64,000 bases of DNA from an uncultured virus (IMG/VR IMGVR_UViG_3300022700_000241). Taxonomy: Duplodnaviria > Heunggongvirae > Uroviricota > Caudoviricetes. Positions 38,610-47,716 of this stretch are shown here, in pieces. The stretch lies in IMG/VR virus record IMGVR_UViG_3300022700_000241. One strand, given 5' to 3'. The notes beneath the pieces are model-generated. The model had not been told where the DNA came from. It saw only the letters and a list, made by a program, of their open reading frames with translations, and did no database searches. The position numbers and the translations under genes are program-made. How positions within the stretch are numbered: the stretch's first letter is position 1; the number at the start of each line of letters is the position of its first letter.

Positions 38610-39242
38610 ATGGAGTTTGAGTCATATCAAGATGCTCTCCTGTACCTCAAAGACCACTACGGGGGCCTCCACGAGGTCGCCAAGGCGTGTGGCCTGGATG
38701 TCGGAGGGCGCTGGCTCCACCAGACGCTCAAGGATCAGCACCGAAAGGCTTCCGATGGCGTACGGAACGCAGTTATCGAGCACGCGGAGGGTCTCCGCGA
38801 GAAGGAGTTGAAGGGCCGGGGCGACGTTGACGGGGACATGATCCGCAAGATCAAGGCCCTCCACGAAGAGTATGGAAGCTGGCAGCGGGCGGGCCGCCGT
38901 ATAGGGGCGCCCCCGAGTGCGCTTCGCCTTGCGGTAAAAGAGGGGGTGGGACTTCCGGAGGAAACCCGCCAGAAAATTATCGATGCCTCCCGCCGAAGCG
39001 ACCTGGAGGAGCTAATTGGCTTCCTCTGTGTCGGGATCGGGCTCCAGATGGTCGATGCCCTTCGCGACACGAGCCTTTCGGCGGACCAGAAGAAAATCCT
39101 TGACAAAGCGGAGGGACAACTCCAAGATTACAACCGCCTGTTGCAGACCGGCAACATGCAGGAGCTTCGGGACAAGATTCGCGACGGCATCGACACGCTC
39201 AACGAACCGATCCAGAACGGCCATGAGGCCTCCAAGTCGTAG
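38610..39242 (+). CDS. Putative DNA-binding protein with two HTH-like units
   Basis: HYGGLHEVAKACGLD..WL and EYGSWQRAGRRIGAPPSALRL resemble Cro/Xre-like HTH motifs. Confidence 0.55.
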   Translation: MEFESYQDALLYLKDHYGGLHEVAKACGLDVGGRWLHQTLKDQHRKASDGVRNAVIEHAEGLREKELKGRGDVDGDMIRKIKALHEEYGSWQRAGRRIGAPPSALRLAVKEGVGLPEETRQKIIDASRRSDLEELIGFLCVGIGLQMVDALRDTSLSADQKKILDKAEGQLQDYNRLLQTGNMQELRDKIRDGIDTLNEPIQNGHEASKS

Positions 39243-39717
39243 AAATCTCCAGCGCCCCTCCTCCGGGTCTCTCTCGACCGGGGCGACGCGCCCCATTGTC
39301 GGTCGGAGAATGGGCCTCGGCGTGCCAGAGGATCCGAACATCGCGACCTTTGCCCCGACGGGCACGACGGATCTCACGTCGTCTCGGTCACTGGCGGCTC
39401 AGATCGAGAACATGGGGCTCCCTGCCGTCGTGGCCGCCTCTCCCGTCAAGGCCGTTCGGCCCAACGGGTCGGAAGCGTGGATGGTGCGTTTGGCCTACAC
39501 CTCCGAAGAGGTCCCTCACCCGGTTGCCGCGCTTCCAAACGCGAGGCCCGTAAGCTGGGAACTCAAAACGACCTCGAACAAAGAGCAAGCCCGGGCGTGG
39601 ATCAAACTGGGCATTTTCTCTGCTCTCATGTGGACGGGAATCGCCGTGGCCGGAGGGACTGCGATCTGGTGGGCGGTCTCGTCCGCAACTGGCGACCGGT
39701 CACCCTCTTCCGAATAA
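39223..39717 (+). CDS. Membrane protein (basic leader, GLG)
   Basis: MRPPSRRNLQR..RRM-GLG; C-terminal TM segment. Start at ATG 39223. Confidence 0.65.
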   Translation: MRPPSRRNLQRPSSGSLSTGATRPIVGRRMGLGVPEDPNIATFAPTGTTDLTSSRSLAAQIENMGLPAVVAASPVKAVRPNGSEAWMVRLAYTSEEVPHPVAALPNARPVSWELKTTSNKEQARAWIKLGIFSALMWTGIAVAGGTAIWWAVSSATGDRSPSSE

Positions 39718-39733
39718 AACTGATTCGCCCTCC

Positions 39734-40351
39734 ATGCCTTCCCATCCCGAAAAGCAGCAAGACAGCAGCCCCGACAATATCGAGCGCGTTTTTCTCGGCC
39801 TCCCTCCCAACGCCCAGCTTCCCCAGGTTGTCGGCGCGAGGGAGGACTGGGCCAAGCAGATGGCCCAGAAGGTTCGCCGCCAAGCTGGAGACGAATCGGT
39901 GGGGGTCGCCATTGCTCGCATCGGGAGGCCAGTGCTCAAGCTCCCCGACGAAATGCACACCGACCCCGGGGTCGACCCGGTGGGGGAAAACCCGGTGCAG
40001 GCCGGGCAGTCCGGCGGGGCCACGGCGACGGTGCCCCACGCAGACGTGTCCTACGTCGACACTGAACCGGTGATCGTGGTTACCCTCGACACGTCAAAGC
40101 TCAGTAGCCTTCCGGCGTGGATGGGCGAGCTTGCGGTCCGCGTGGTCGACCGCCCGGACGCGCAAATCATACCGTCCTCGTACGGGCTCACTGGCGAGCC
40201 CCCGGACGCGCCCGAGTTTGACCCCGGGAATGGCGGCGGGAATGGCTCGGTGTTCGAGGCGTCTCTCGGGTCGGCAACGACATTCATGCTGGTTGCCGGA
40301 GGGTTTGGGGCGGCCTACTGGTGGTTCGGCCCAGATGGAAGCTCTTCATAG
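39734..40351 (+). CDS. Membrane-anchored protein
   Basis: GNGGGNG linker followed by TM segment FMLVAGGFGAAYWWF. Confidence 0.75.
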   Translation: MPSHPEKQQDSSPDNIERVFLGLPPNAQLPQVVGAREDWAKQMAQKVRRQAGDESVGVAIARIGRPVLKLPDEMHTDPGVDPVGENPVQAGQSGGATATVPHADVSYVDTEPVIVVTLDTSKLSSLPAWMGELAVRVVDRPDAQIIPSSYGLTGEPPDAPEFDPGNGGGNGSVFEASLGSATTFMLVAGGFGAAYWWFGPDGSSS

Positions 40352-40378
40352 GCTCGGCGAACCTACCCCGGCAGGACG

Positions 40379-40729
40379 ATGAATCTCTACAACTCAATCC
40401 AGTGGCTTCTGGGCAAGGTGCTTCCAGAGTCGTGGCCCTGGAGTCAGGGGGCGACGGCGAAGCATCTGGTCTGGATGGTTCACGTTCTCATTGTGGCCGG
40501 AGCCGTAGGGTTTGCGGCGTGGCTCGTTTACGCCTTGGTCGCAGGCCCCGAACCTGCGCAGGTGCCCGACCCCTCACCGGAGAGTGCGAAGGGGACGCCG
40601 ACGGTCCAGTCCGAACCGCCCCCGCTTCCGATGTGGGTACGCACGCTCAAGTCGCTCGCGCCCCTTTTGGCGCCGGTTGTCAGCTACAGTCTTTACCGTT
40701 ACCTTCCGGAACCCAGCGAAGATAAGTAG
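40379..40729 (+). CDS. Membrane protein
   Basis: TM segment LVWMVHVLIVAGAVGFAAWLVYALV and a second hydrophobic segment. Confidence 0.7.
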   Translation: MNLYNSIQWLLGKVLPESWPWSQGATAKHLVWMVHVLIVAGAVGFAAWLVYALVAGPEPAQVPDPSPESAKGTPTVQSEPPPLPMWVRTLKSLAPLLAPVVSYSLYRYLPEPSEDK

Positions 40730-40879
40730 CTATCTCGTGTAGAGCAGGTGGCGTTAGTCTCATGGGGCACACTGGGCCTGCCCGGCCCGCATCTCGCCCC
40801 CCCGCCATGCTGCGCGAGGCCTCCTCGGCCCCTGGCTCAGGCAGAGGAGGCTTGCTGGTGCCCTCTCCACCAGCGCCCG

Positions 40880-40918
40880 GCCCCCGTCCGTCTGGTCCAC
40901 GGTCAGGGGGCTTTTTTT
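40880..40918 (+). terminator. Rho-independent terminator
   Basis: GCCCCC...GGGGGC stem with inner pairing, followed by T7. Confidence 0.65.
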
Positions 40919-41113
40919 GCGGGGACCCGTGTAGAGGTATCTGGGAATATCACTCTTTTTCCCCCGTCTATGCACGATGAGGGCGGAAAGTGTGAAGTCG
41001 TGTATTACGTGATCGGGCGCTCGAATCAACACGCGCGCCTGGGCAATACACCACCACAGATTTTGCGCCCGAGAGGGACACGATAGCCCTTCCTCGAATG
41101 ACGGTCTTCTGCG

Positions 41114-42016
41114 ATGCGCGTCCTTGGCCGCAATCCGGCGCCGGAGCAGCTTCGATCTGTTGAAGTTGACCCGGACGCGCTCGACGGAGCCGAGGTTGAA
41201 CCGCCGAACAGCGGGCAAGGCCCCACTCGGCAAAATCCCGGCTCTCCGGACGGAATGGCCGAAGGGTCCCTCAAAGAGCGCATCATCGGATCTGGCGGTC
41301 CCGACACTGCTGGATCCGACAACGGGTCCCCCCAAGACGGCACGAGCGATACTTCTCAAAAAAGCAGGTCGAATCCAACCTCCCTCTCGGAGGTGGCGGA
41401 CGAGACCAACGACACACAGATGTCTGACTCCCAGTCCCGCGAAAACCCCGACGCCGTAACCGACGTGGATGCCCAGATCCAGAACGCCGCGCAGGTCTTC
41501 TTGCCTGCCCTGGCGGTTGAGACGGGCTCCCGCGCCTCCACCCTCATTACGGGTGGCGTCGCGACCTCCAACATGGTCGGCACGGGCACCTTCCAGAAGG
41601 TTGTGGAGGTTGGCCTGCCGGTCGTCCTCGGAATCGCGACCTTCATGATCGGCGAGAGGATGGACAATGTTTATGTCAAACAGAGCGCGGTCGGTATGGC
41701 GATCCCCGCCGCCGACGCTCTGCTGAACCCGATCCTCAACCCGGTCGAGTCCGCCCTTACCGGCCAGCCCGCCTCTGGCGGTGGCGGAAATGGAGGTGGC
41801 GGGAACGGCCAGCAGGGAATGGCTCGCGCTGGCATGGGCTACGGGGAGTTCCTCACCGAGAACCGCATGAGCGGTATGGGCGCCAACAGTGGCGTCCCGG
41901 CCAACCGGCAGCTTTCCGGTGGCGGCGAGGACGGCATGGGCATTGACAAGTCCACCGACCTCGTGGAAGAAAGTGAGGAGGGCAGCCGCTTCGCCAAGGT
42001 CGCGATGGACGAGTAA
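41114..42016 (+). CDS. Candidate major internal-membrane protein (3 RxNP motifs in N-terminal part, several GMG motifs)
   Basis: RQNP, RSNP and RENP precede a hydrophobic core. C-terminus paralogous to 17643-18101. First gene of the terminator-bounded capsid-like operon. An internal start at 41420 is possible. Confidence 0.7.
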   Translation: MRVLGRNPAPEQLRSVEVDPDALDGAEVEPPNSGQGPTRQNPGSPDGMAEGSLKERIIGSGGPDTAGSDNGSPQDGTSDTSQKSRSNPTSLSEVADETNDTQMSDSQSRENPDAVTDVDAQIQNAAQVFLPALAVETGSRASTLITGGVATSNMVGTGTFQKVVEVGLPVVLGIATFMIGERMDNVYVKQSAVGMAIPAADALLNPILNPVESALTGQPASGGGGNGGGGNGQQGMARAGMGYGEFLTENRMSGMGANSGVPANRQLSGGGEDGMGIDKSTDLVEESEEGSRFAKVAMDE

Positions 42017-42117
42017 CCCCGTAGGCGACCTTCCGGATTGAGAGAATCGCCCCGGCGCCCTCGGCCCTGGGCACCCAACCGACCGCAAAACTTCAAAAGA
42101 TCGACTCCCCCCCTGCT

Positions 42118-42702
42118 ATGCCTCTCGTCAAAGAGATCAGCGAAGAAGAGCTTGAGAGCATCGCCGAGCTTTACGATGTTCGCCAGTTCTACTCGGGCAC
42201 CACGACGCTTCGGTTCTTTGCGCCGAACCCGTCGGGGACCGTGCTGGACAACAACTACAACAGCAACCCCCTGCCCGGGCAGACGCCCTACGACCTGCTG
42301 AGCCTCGGGCTCGAACTTGGCCCGACGCCGCTGGTCGAGGAGACGGGCCAGAACATCGATCCGCTGGCGATTGCCAACACGTTCCTCTCCGGGATCGTCG
42401 AACTCCAGGTCGACGGCGGGAAGGAGCAGGCCTTCGTGCATCCGATCAGCGATTACGTCGACACCGAAAACTTCGACTGGGACGAGACCTCCAACACCCT
42501 GTCCATCGGGTCCAAGCAGCTTGCGAAGATCATGGACCCCTTCCTGGTGCGGCGCAATCGCCAGTTCGACCTCACGCTCCGGTGGCAGGACACCTCGGCG
42601 CTGCCGAGTCAGTCCGACTGGAGCGGGGCGAGCAACCAGCACGCCTCGGACCTCAAGATTGCCGCGACCATGCAGGTCAACGACTACGGCGATAATTTCT
42701 AA
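42118..42702 (+). CDS. Candidate single jelly-roll major capsid protein 1
   Basis: 194 aa, beta-strand-rich, no TM segment, strongly C/G-ending codons. Paralogous to the next gene (YD.R.F..L..F.PNP..NYN.NPLPG..Y..N.DP.AI..QFD.T). The CDS is secure; the capsid role is inferred. Confidence 0.55.
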   Translation: MPLVKEISEEELESIAELYDVRQFYSGTTTLRFFAPNPSGTVLDNNYNSNPLPGQTPYDLLSLGLELGPTPLVEETGQNIDPLAIANTFLSGIVELQVDGGKEQAFVHPISDYVDTENFDWDETSNTLSIGSKQLAKIMDPFLVRRNRQFDLTLRWQDTSALPSQSDWSGASNQHASDLKIAATMQVNDYGDNF

Positions 42703-42819
42703 GTCGTCCGGGGCCGCGCCCCGCACGTGCTCTCAAGTCCTCCGAGCGGGCGGGCACACTCCCGCCCCGGGGGCAGAAAGTTTCTTGCTTGACACTCCAA
42801 AAGACGCTCGCTCGACACT

Positions 42820-43449
42820 ATGTCCCGCCTTAAAAAGTCTCCCGCGCTGGAAGGCGTAAACCTCGACGCGGAACTGGACCTGTACTACGACCGGCGCCCG
42901 TTCGAGGACGCCAACGCGGACGATGAGCTTACGCTCTTCCCGCCGAACCCGCAGAACTCGGATCTGGTGAGCAACTACAACCAGAACCCGCTGCCGGGCA
43001 CCGAGGAGTACCGCATCATCGCCGCCCGAGTGCGCCCGACGTTCATGCTGCTCCGCGAGGACAGCGGCAACAACGTCGACCCCGAGGCCATCGGCGCGCA
43101 ACTCAAAGACGCGGTGCTCACGATCCGCGACCGCGGCGGCCAGAACCGTGTGGTCCAGAACCGGCTGCCCAGCCACTTCGACACGAACGACTTCGTGGTC
43201 AAACGCTTCCGGGACAACCGGGGCACCGGCGACGAGTCGGACACGTCGTACCTCTTCTACGGAGGATTCGAGATTGCCTCGCTGCCGGAGTGGTTCACTC
43301 TGAGCGCCACGCAGCAGTTCGACTTCACGGTCAAGTTCCCCGACTCCTCGGTCTTCCCGACGCAGAGCGAGATCGAGTCGAGTGGCCAGGGGATCCAGAG
43401 CCACCCGTTCGGCCTCGAAGCCGTCTTCCAGTACGCGACGCTCAACTAA
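42820..43449 (+). CDS. Candidate single jelly-roll major capsid protein 2
   Basis: 209-aa paralog of 42118-42702; followed by a structured region and a strong terminator. Confidence 0.55.
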   Translation: MSRLKKSPALEGVNLDAELDLYYDRRPFEDANADDELTLFPPNPQNSDLVSNYNQNPLPGTEEYRIIAARVRPTFMLLREDSGNNVDPEAIGAQLKDAVLTIRDRGGQNRVVQNRLPSHFDTNDFVVKRFRDNRGTGDESDTSYLFYGGFEIASLPEWFTLSATQQFDFTVKFPDSSVFPTQSEIESSGQGIQSHPFGLEAVFQYATLN

Positions 43450-43654
43450 GCGGGTCTCCCCGCTTGGGGCCTTTGGCCTGCCTCGTCGCTGGCTCGGAGC
43501 ATTCTCCGATGCGACATTGCGCGGTCCGGGCGCGCTTCGGCCAAGGCCCCTGCCATACAGGCGGAATGGAGGCCCCGTGTCGATCCGCCTCGCGCCTCCG
43601 TACTGACAGGCCCGCCCACGCTCGCCTGTTCGCCCTTCGTGGCGCGCGACCTGC

Positions 43655-43694
43655 AAGCAGCCTCCTACCGACCCGTGTAGGAGGCTGCTTTTTT
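43655..43694 (+). terminator. Rho-independent terminator closing the capsid-like operon
   Basis: Perfect 14-bp stem AAGCAGCCTCCTAC/GTAGGAGGCTGCTT running into a T tract. Confidence 0.85.
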
Positions 43695-43803
43695 ACTGCG
43701 CCCCCATCATTGCTTGATGGTGGAGAGAAGAGAGCAGGCGCCGAACTCACATCGAGCCCGCACGTTCGGCCCACGATCCTTCCTCGAACCACTCTTGACC
43801 GCC

Positions 43804-44583
43804 ATGCCCCGAGTTTTCGACGACTTTCCGCCGACCGAGGAGTTTTTCCAGCCGAGTCAGACGGTTGAGGTCGCGTCCAACGACAGCGAGACCGTCCAGC
43901 TTACCGGTCGCGGCGACCGCCCTCTCGGCTTCGCTCGCATGTTCGTTCACTCCGATGGAGACCCGACCGACATTCTGCTGACGGCAGAGCCGTCCGCCGG
44001 TGGGTTTACCTTCTTCGAGAACGTGCAAGCGGGCGCGATCCAGGATCTCTTCCGGCACCGCCAACTCCAGGCGCCCCTGGTCCTCGATGAGAGCCGAAAC
44101 CTGGACGTGACCATCGAGAACCTCGACGGGGCAAACGCCCGCGAGGTAACCGTGGAGCTTTCGGCGCTGCCGCAACCGGTGCTGGAGAAGCGTTTGTCAG
44201 CGGTTCGCGAGGAGTTTGGCGCGCGGCTCGTTCCGGTCTTCCTCTACGTGACCGGCACCGTGGGGGCCGGGGCAACTGACCGGCAGGATCTTCTCTCCTA
44301 CCGGACCGAAACGGAGCTTCTGCGCTTCGCGGTCGAGGCGGACGCCCCGGTGGTCGACGACCTCAAGTTCGACATCCGGCTCCCCCGGGAGACTCCGATT
44401 CGCGACAAGCGGAAGCGAACGGTGCTCGATCAGTTCATTAGCGGGGAGCTTCCGGTGCCCCTCGAAATCAACACGCGCAAGGAGGCGAAGCTGGTAGCCG
44501 ACAATACGACCGGTACCCAGCAGGCGCGGTACACCTTCCTCGGGGAGTGCTACTCGCTTCCGGGTGGCCCACTTATCGGGTAA
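43804..44583 (+). CDS. Two-domain beta protein (tandem jelly-roll-like halves; candidate minor capsid/vertex protein)
   Basis: The halves end similarly: LQAPLVLDESRNLDVTIENL..VTVEL vs LPVPLEINTRKEAKLVADNT..YTFLG. Start at ATG 43804. Confidence 0.5.
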   Translation: MPRVFDDFPPTEEFFQPSQTVEVASNDSETVQLTGRGDRPLGFARMFVHSDGDPTDILLTAEPSAGGFTFFENVQAGAIQDLFRHRQLQAPLVLDESRNLDVTIENLDGANAREVTVELSALPQPVLEKRLSAVREEFGARLVPVFLYVTGTVGAGATDRQDLLSYRTETELLRFAVEADAPVVDDLKFDIRLPRETPIRDKRKRTVLDQFISGELPVPLEINTRKEAKLVADNTTGTQQARYTFLGECYSLPGGPLIG

Positions 44584-44637
44584 CCTGGGCCTGCCTCCCT
44601 GGCCTCGACACGCCTCGCACCAACCGCCAAGAGTCCG

Positions 44638-45060
44638 ATGGAAACCCGAACCCTCACGCGCCGCCAGCGACGGGAGCGCCGCTCGGAGTGCCCCGATGAC
44701 ACGGAGATTGATTTCCTCCAGCGCATCGCGCAGGCACTCGAAGAAGGGCCGTCCCCGGCGCAGACGACGCGGATCTCCGTGTTCGACCTCGACGACAAGA
44801 ACCCGGACAAAATCCTCTCGCGAAATGATCGGAGGATCGGCATCGTCGTTCACAACGACACGGAGGACTCCGAGCTTCTTCTTCGGTTCGACGACAAGAA
44901 CCCGACCAACTCGAAGTTCTCCGACCGGATTGCCCCGGGGGAAACGCGACGCTACTTCATGGAGGACGTGGGGCGATGGAAGGGCGACGTGACGGCCCTC
45001 TGGCGAAAAGGCCCGACGAACAACAACGGCAAGGCCGTCTTCACGGAGTTCATCGCGTAG
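44638..45060 (+). CDS. Small beta-rich protein, candidate penton/spike component
   Basis: ILSRNDRRIGIVVHN..LLLRF..IAPGE..WKGDVTALW all-beta pattern; adjacent to the capsid-like genes. Confidence 0.45.
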   Translation: METRTLTRRQRRERRSECPDDTEIDFLQRIAQALEEGPSPAQTTRISVFDLDDKNPDKILSRNDRRIGIVVHNDTEDSELLLRFDDKNPTNSKFSDRIAPGETRRYFMEDVGRWKGDVTALWRKGPTNNNGKAVFTEFIA

Positions 45061-45097
45061 CCCTCTCGCTCGAACTGCCTACAGTTGACTACAGATT

Positions 45098-45751
45098 ATG
45101 CCCAGCTTGCAGCAAGTCCAGCGGCAGGTCAATTTGGCGAAGGGCCGGAAGATCGGGAATAATCCGATTCTCGATACGGTCAAAGCCCGCGCCGACCAAA
45201 GCCTCATTCCGAATGCGTTTTCCTTCGGCGTGGCGATCTTGAGCGTAGAGGGCCGCATCGCAGACCCGGCGGCCTTCCGCAACGGGTGGCGCGGCGCCAA
45301 CGGCCCGGAGAAGTCCCCCTGGCAGATCCACCCGGAGTGGCACGAGTTTGCCCAGAACACGCCGGTCAGCAACTTTGCCGCCTACACCGACTACGCCTAC
45401 GGCCTGTTGGAGGAGGCTTTCTTGGAGACCGGCACGCTTTTCGGTACCGCCCGCCGGTACAACTCATTCAACGCCTGTGAGGCCGGTCGGACGCAGGCGT
45501 GCCGCAATGGCCGAGACTACGCCCGGGCGGTCATGTCGCGGCTGCCGAAGATCCAGGAGGCGCTCAAACAGGTCGGATACCAAGTCGGCCCCGACGTGAC
45601 CGGGCGGCCCGTGGCCGGTGGCGGTGGTGGGGGAACGTCTGTTGCGGGCTTTGGCGTCCTTCCGACGCTGCTCGTCGCAGGTGCGCTCGGTGGCACAATC
45701 CTCTTTGTCGCGAACTCGAATGCGGGGCAGCGCCCCCAGCAACTTGAATAA
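45098..45751 (+). CDS. Divergent lytic transglycosylase (SLT/lysozyme-like) with C-terminal TM anchor
   Basis: AILSVEG (catalytic Glu, ES-like), SPWQI (GLMQ-like), ARRYNS (AYNG-like) and DYARAV; C-terminal TM segment. Confidence 0.6.
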   Translation: MPSLQQVQRQVNLAKGRKIGNNPILDTVKARADQSLIPNAFSFGVAILSVEGRIADPAAFRNGWRGANGPEKSPWQIHPEWHEFAQNTPVSNFAAYTDYAYGLLEEAFLETGTLFGTARRYNSFNACEAGRTQACRNGRDYARAVMSRLPKIQEALKQVGYQVGPDVTGRPVAGGGGGGTSVAGFGVLPTLLVAGALGGTILFVANSNAGQRPQQLE

Positions 45752-45765
45752 GTACCTACACCCTT

Positions 45766-46524
45766 ATGTCTGCCTCAATCGCAGCCGACGACCGCGTAAA
45801 GTTCATCCATCAACTCAAGAAGCTGACTCCATCCCCGAACCTTACGGTTCGCGTGGAGGCCTACGAGTCAGACCGCTTCCCAGACCACTCGGTCTTTATT
45901 TGGGATGACACCATGTCTGCGCCGAGTCGGGACACTGACCAGCGCGTTGAGTCTTCGGTCGATGGATATGGTGCCGGTGGCGCAAACGAGGGGGCGTGGG
46001 CGCTGATCGGCCCGGTGGACCCCACCGATGCCTCAAACATCGTCGCGGTTCCGGTAAGCGGAACGGCTCGTGGGTATCTCCCCGAAAACTACCAGAGCCC
46101 CCAGCACGCCATAAACGCGGCTGCCGCCTACGTGGACGGTACAGGGAAGGGGTGGGTTCGGGTGCCCGAGCCCGTGTTGCCGATTGACTACGACATCGTG
46201 ACGGTCCCGAGCGACGTGCAACTCGTCGTAAAGAAGGAAAGCTGGCTGGAGCGGTTCGACGATACCTTCAACACCAAAAACGCAGACCGTCAGGGCGTTT
46301 ATCTTGGAGACACCTCCAGCGGGGCCGCAAACCTCGAACTCCAGGAGGAACTGGAGGTGGACGGCACGGTCGTAACTGTCAAGCGGAATGGTGCAAACAC
46401 CCTTACGGTCAGCACCGCGAGCGACGCGACGGTCAAGGGGTCCGCAAGTCATGACATTAGCGCGGACGGCACCGCAATACGACTCGTTTACGACCGTGAA
46501 AACGACAACTGGGAGGAAATCTAA
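45766..46524 (+). CDS. Candidate spike/receptor-binding protein
   Basis: C-terminal beta domain DTSSGAANLEL..GTVVTVKR..NTLTV..AIRLVYD..NWEEI resembles phage fibre-type domains. Confidence 0.5.
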   Translation: MSASIAADDRVKFIHQLKKLTPSPNLTVRVEAYESDRFPDHSVFIWDDTMSAPSRDTDQRVESSVDGYGAGGANEGAWALIGPVDPTDASNIVAVPVSGTARGYLPENYQSPQHAINAAAAYVDGTGKGWVRVPEPVLPIDYDIVTVPSDVQLVVKKESWLERFDDTFNTKNADRQGVYLGDTSSGAANLELQEELEVDGTVVTVKRNGANTLTVSTASDATVKGSASHDISADGTAIRLVYDRENDNWEEI

Positions 46525-46569
46525 AGCGCCTCCCCATCGCCCCGCCCCTCGAACATCATCCCAAACGCC

Positions 46570-46995
46570 ATGCACCGACGAGTCAACCCGCCCGCCCACG
46601 AGTGGCAGACGAATGGCCAGTCGAATGGACAATTCTATGGCCTCGGCCAGACCCTCCGCGAGCGCATTCGCCAGGGCAATCTCCCGGACTCAATCCAGGA
46701 GATTATCGGTCCCATCGAGGAGAAGGACATTGACCTCGTGATCGACATTCTGGAAACGCTCAAGGGTGAGGGCACCCGCTTCGAGGACCTCACGCCCGCC
46801 GAGAAGCGCGCCTTCGCGCAGGCCTACCTGGAGCGGACCGGCCAGCGCCGGTCTGGTCTTGGGGGCGGGGTATTCGTGCTCGGTGCGCTCGCCGTCGTTG
46901 GCGGGATGGTCTGGTGGCAAAGCACGCGGGGGCGAGAGATGGAGCCTCCACCGCGCCCGCCCGGTCGTAAAGGCGAGGACGACGAAGACGAATAG
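46570..46995 (+). CDS. Membrane protein (RVNP plus GLGQ leader)
   Basis: MHRRVNP..FYGLGQ; TM segment VFVLGALAVVGGMVWW. Confidence 0.75.
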   Translation: MHRRVNPPAHEWQTNGQSNGQFYGLGQTLRERIRQGNLPDSIQEIIGPIEEKDIDLVIDILETLKGEGTRFEDLTPAEKRAFAQAYLERTGQRRSGLGGGVFVLGALAVVGGMVWWQSTRGREMEPPPRPPGRKGEDDEDE

Positions 46996-47043
46996 AACTT
47001 CCCTTTCTTCGATACGTCACGCTCCAATCACGACCCGAAGCCG

Positions 47044-47334
47044 ATGGCACAAGGATGTGGATGCGGCTGCAACGGCCAGAAGAAAACCGCAATGACCCGC
47101 ACCGCCCGAGGGCTTGGGCGCGCTCGACCCGGCCTTTCTCGGGGCGGGCTCTCCCAGTTTGAACGGCAGGATCCGTGGCTCACGGTCGGCCCGCGCGGCG
47201 TGCAGGTCGCCGGTCGCAACTTCACATGGCAAACAGTTGGCGGGTTTGTGATGCAGGGAGCGCTCCTCTACCTTCTCTGGACAACGATCCGCCACGGTCC
47301 AGAGGCGGTCCAGCCAAGAGGCCAGTCGGCCTAA
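47044..47334 (+). CDS. Small membrane protein with GCGCGC N-terminus
   Basis: MAQGCGCGCNG; GLG/GLS three times; C-terminal hydrophobic helix. Confidence 0.65.
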   Translation: MAQGCGCGCNGQKKTAMTRTARGLGRARPGLSRGGLSQFERQDPWLTVGPRGVQVAGRNFTWQTVGGFVMQGALLYLLWTTIRHGPEAVQPRGQSA

Positions 47335-47361
47335 CTCTCCTACCACCAAGGCGATAGCACC

Positions 47362-47703
47362 ATGAGTCTTTGGGAACGAATTACCGGAAGCCGCCCGAAA
47401 CGCATCGGCTTCGTTCTTGCCGTGGGCGGAGCGGTCTCTACTCTCGCCCTCGTGTTCTTCCTGCTTTACAGCGTCGAGCTTTCCGGGCTCGCCGCGGGAG
47501 CTTGGATTTCGTTCTTGGCCTTTGGCCTCTGGGCGGCTCTTGACTGGTCGATCAAGGACATCGACACGATAGCGGCCCTCCAGCACCAGTTCGTCGAGAC
47601 GGACGACGGCGTGCGGGAGTATCCCCCGAACCTCGCCTGGGCGATGGTTCTTGCCGGGTTCATGGTGATGCTTGGGCTCGCGATGCTCGCCGGACACTCA
47701 TAA
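47362..47703 (+). CDS. Holin-like protein (3 TM helices)
   Basis: 113 aa with three hydrophobic helices, immediately upstream of the endolysin. Confidence 0.55.
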   Translation: MSLWERITGSRPKRIGFVLAVGGAVSTLALVFFLLYSVELSGLAAGAWISFLAFGLWAALDWSIKDIDTIAALQHQFVETDDGVREYPPNLAWAMVLAGFMVMLGLAMLAGHS

Positions 47704-47716
47704 GCCACAGGGGCCG

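Noticed and set aside
40748..41086. 112-aa ORF upstream of the capsid operon
   Set aside because: Atypical composition and it spans a terminator and hairpins; more likely non-coding regulatory sequence.
3355..42726. Long minus-strand ORFs opposite the plus-strand genes (e.g. 3355-4896, 9705-10934, 23397-24920, 27225-28667, 29412-30818, 34467-35870, 40760-42088)
   Set aside because: Shadow ORFs expected from high GC and biased codon use. They have no motifs and lie antisense to well-supported acidic CDSs.
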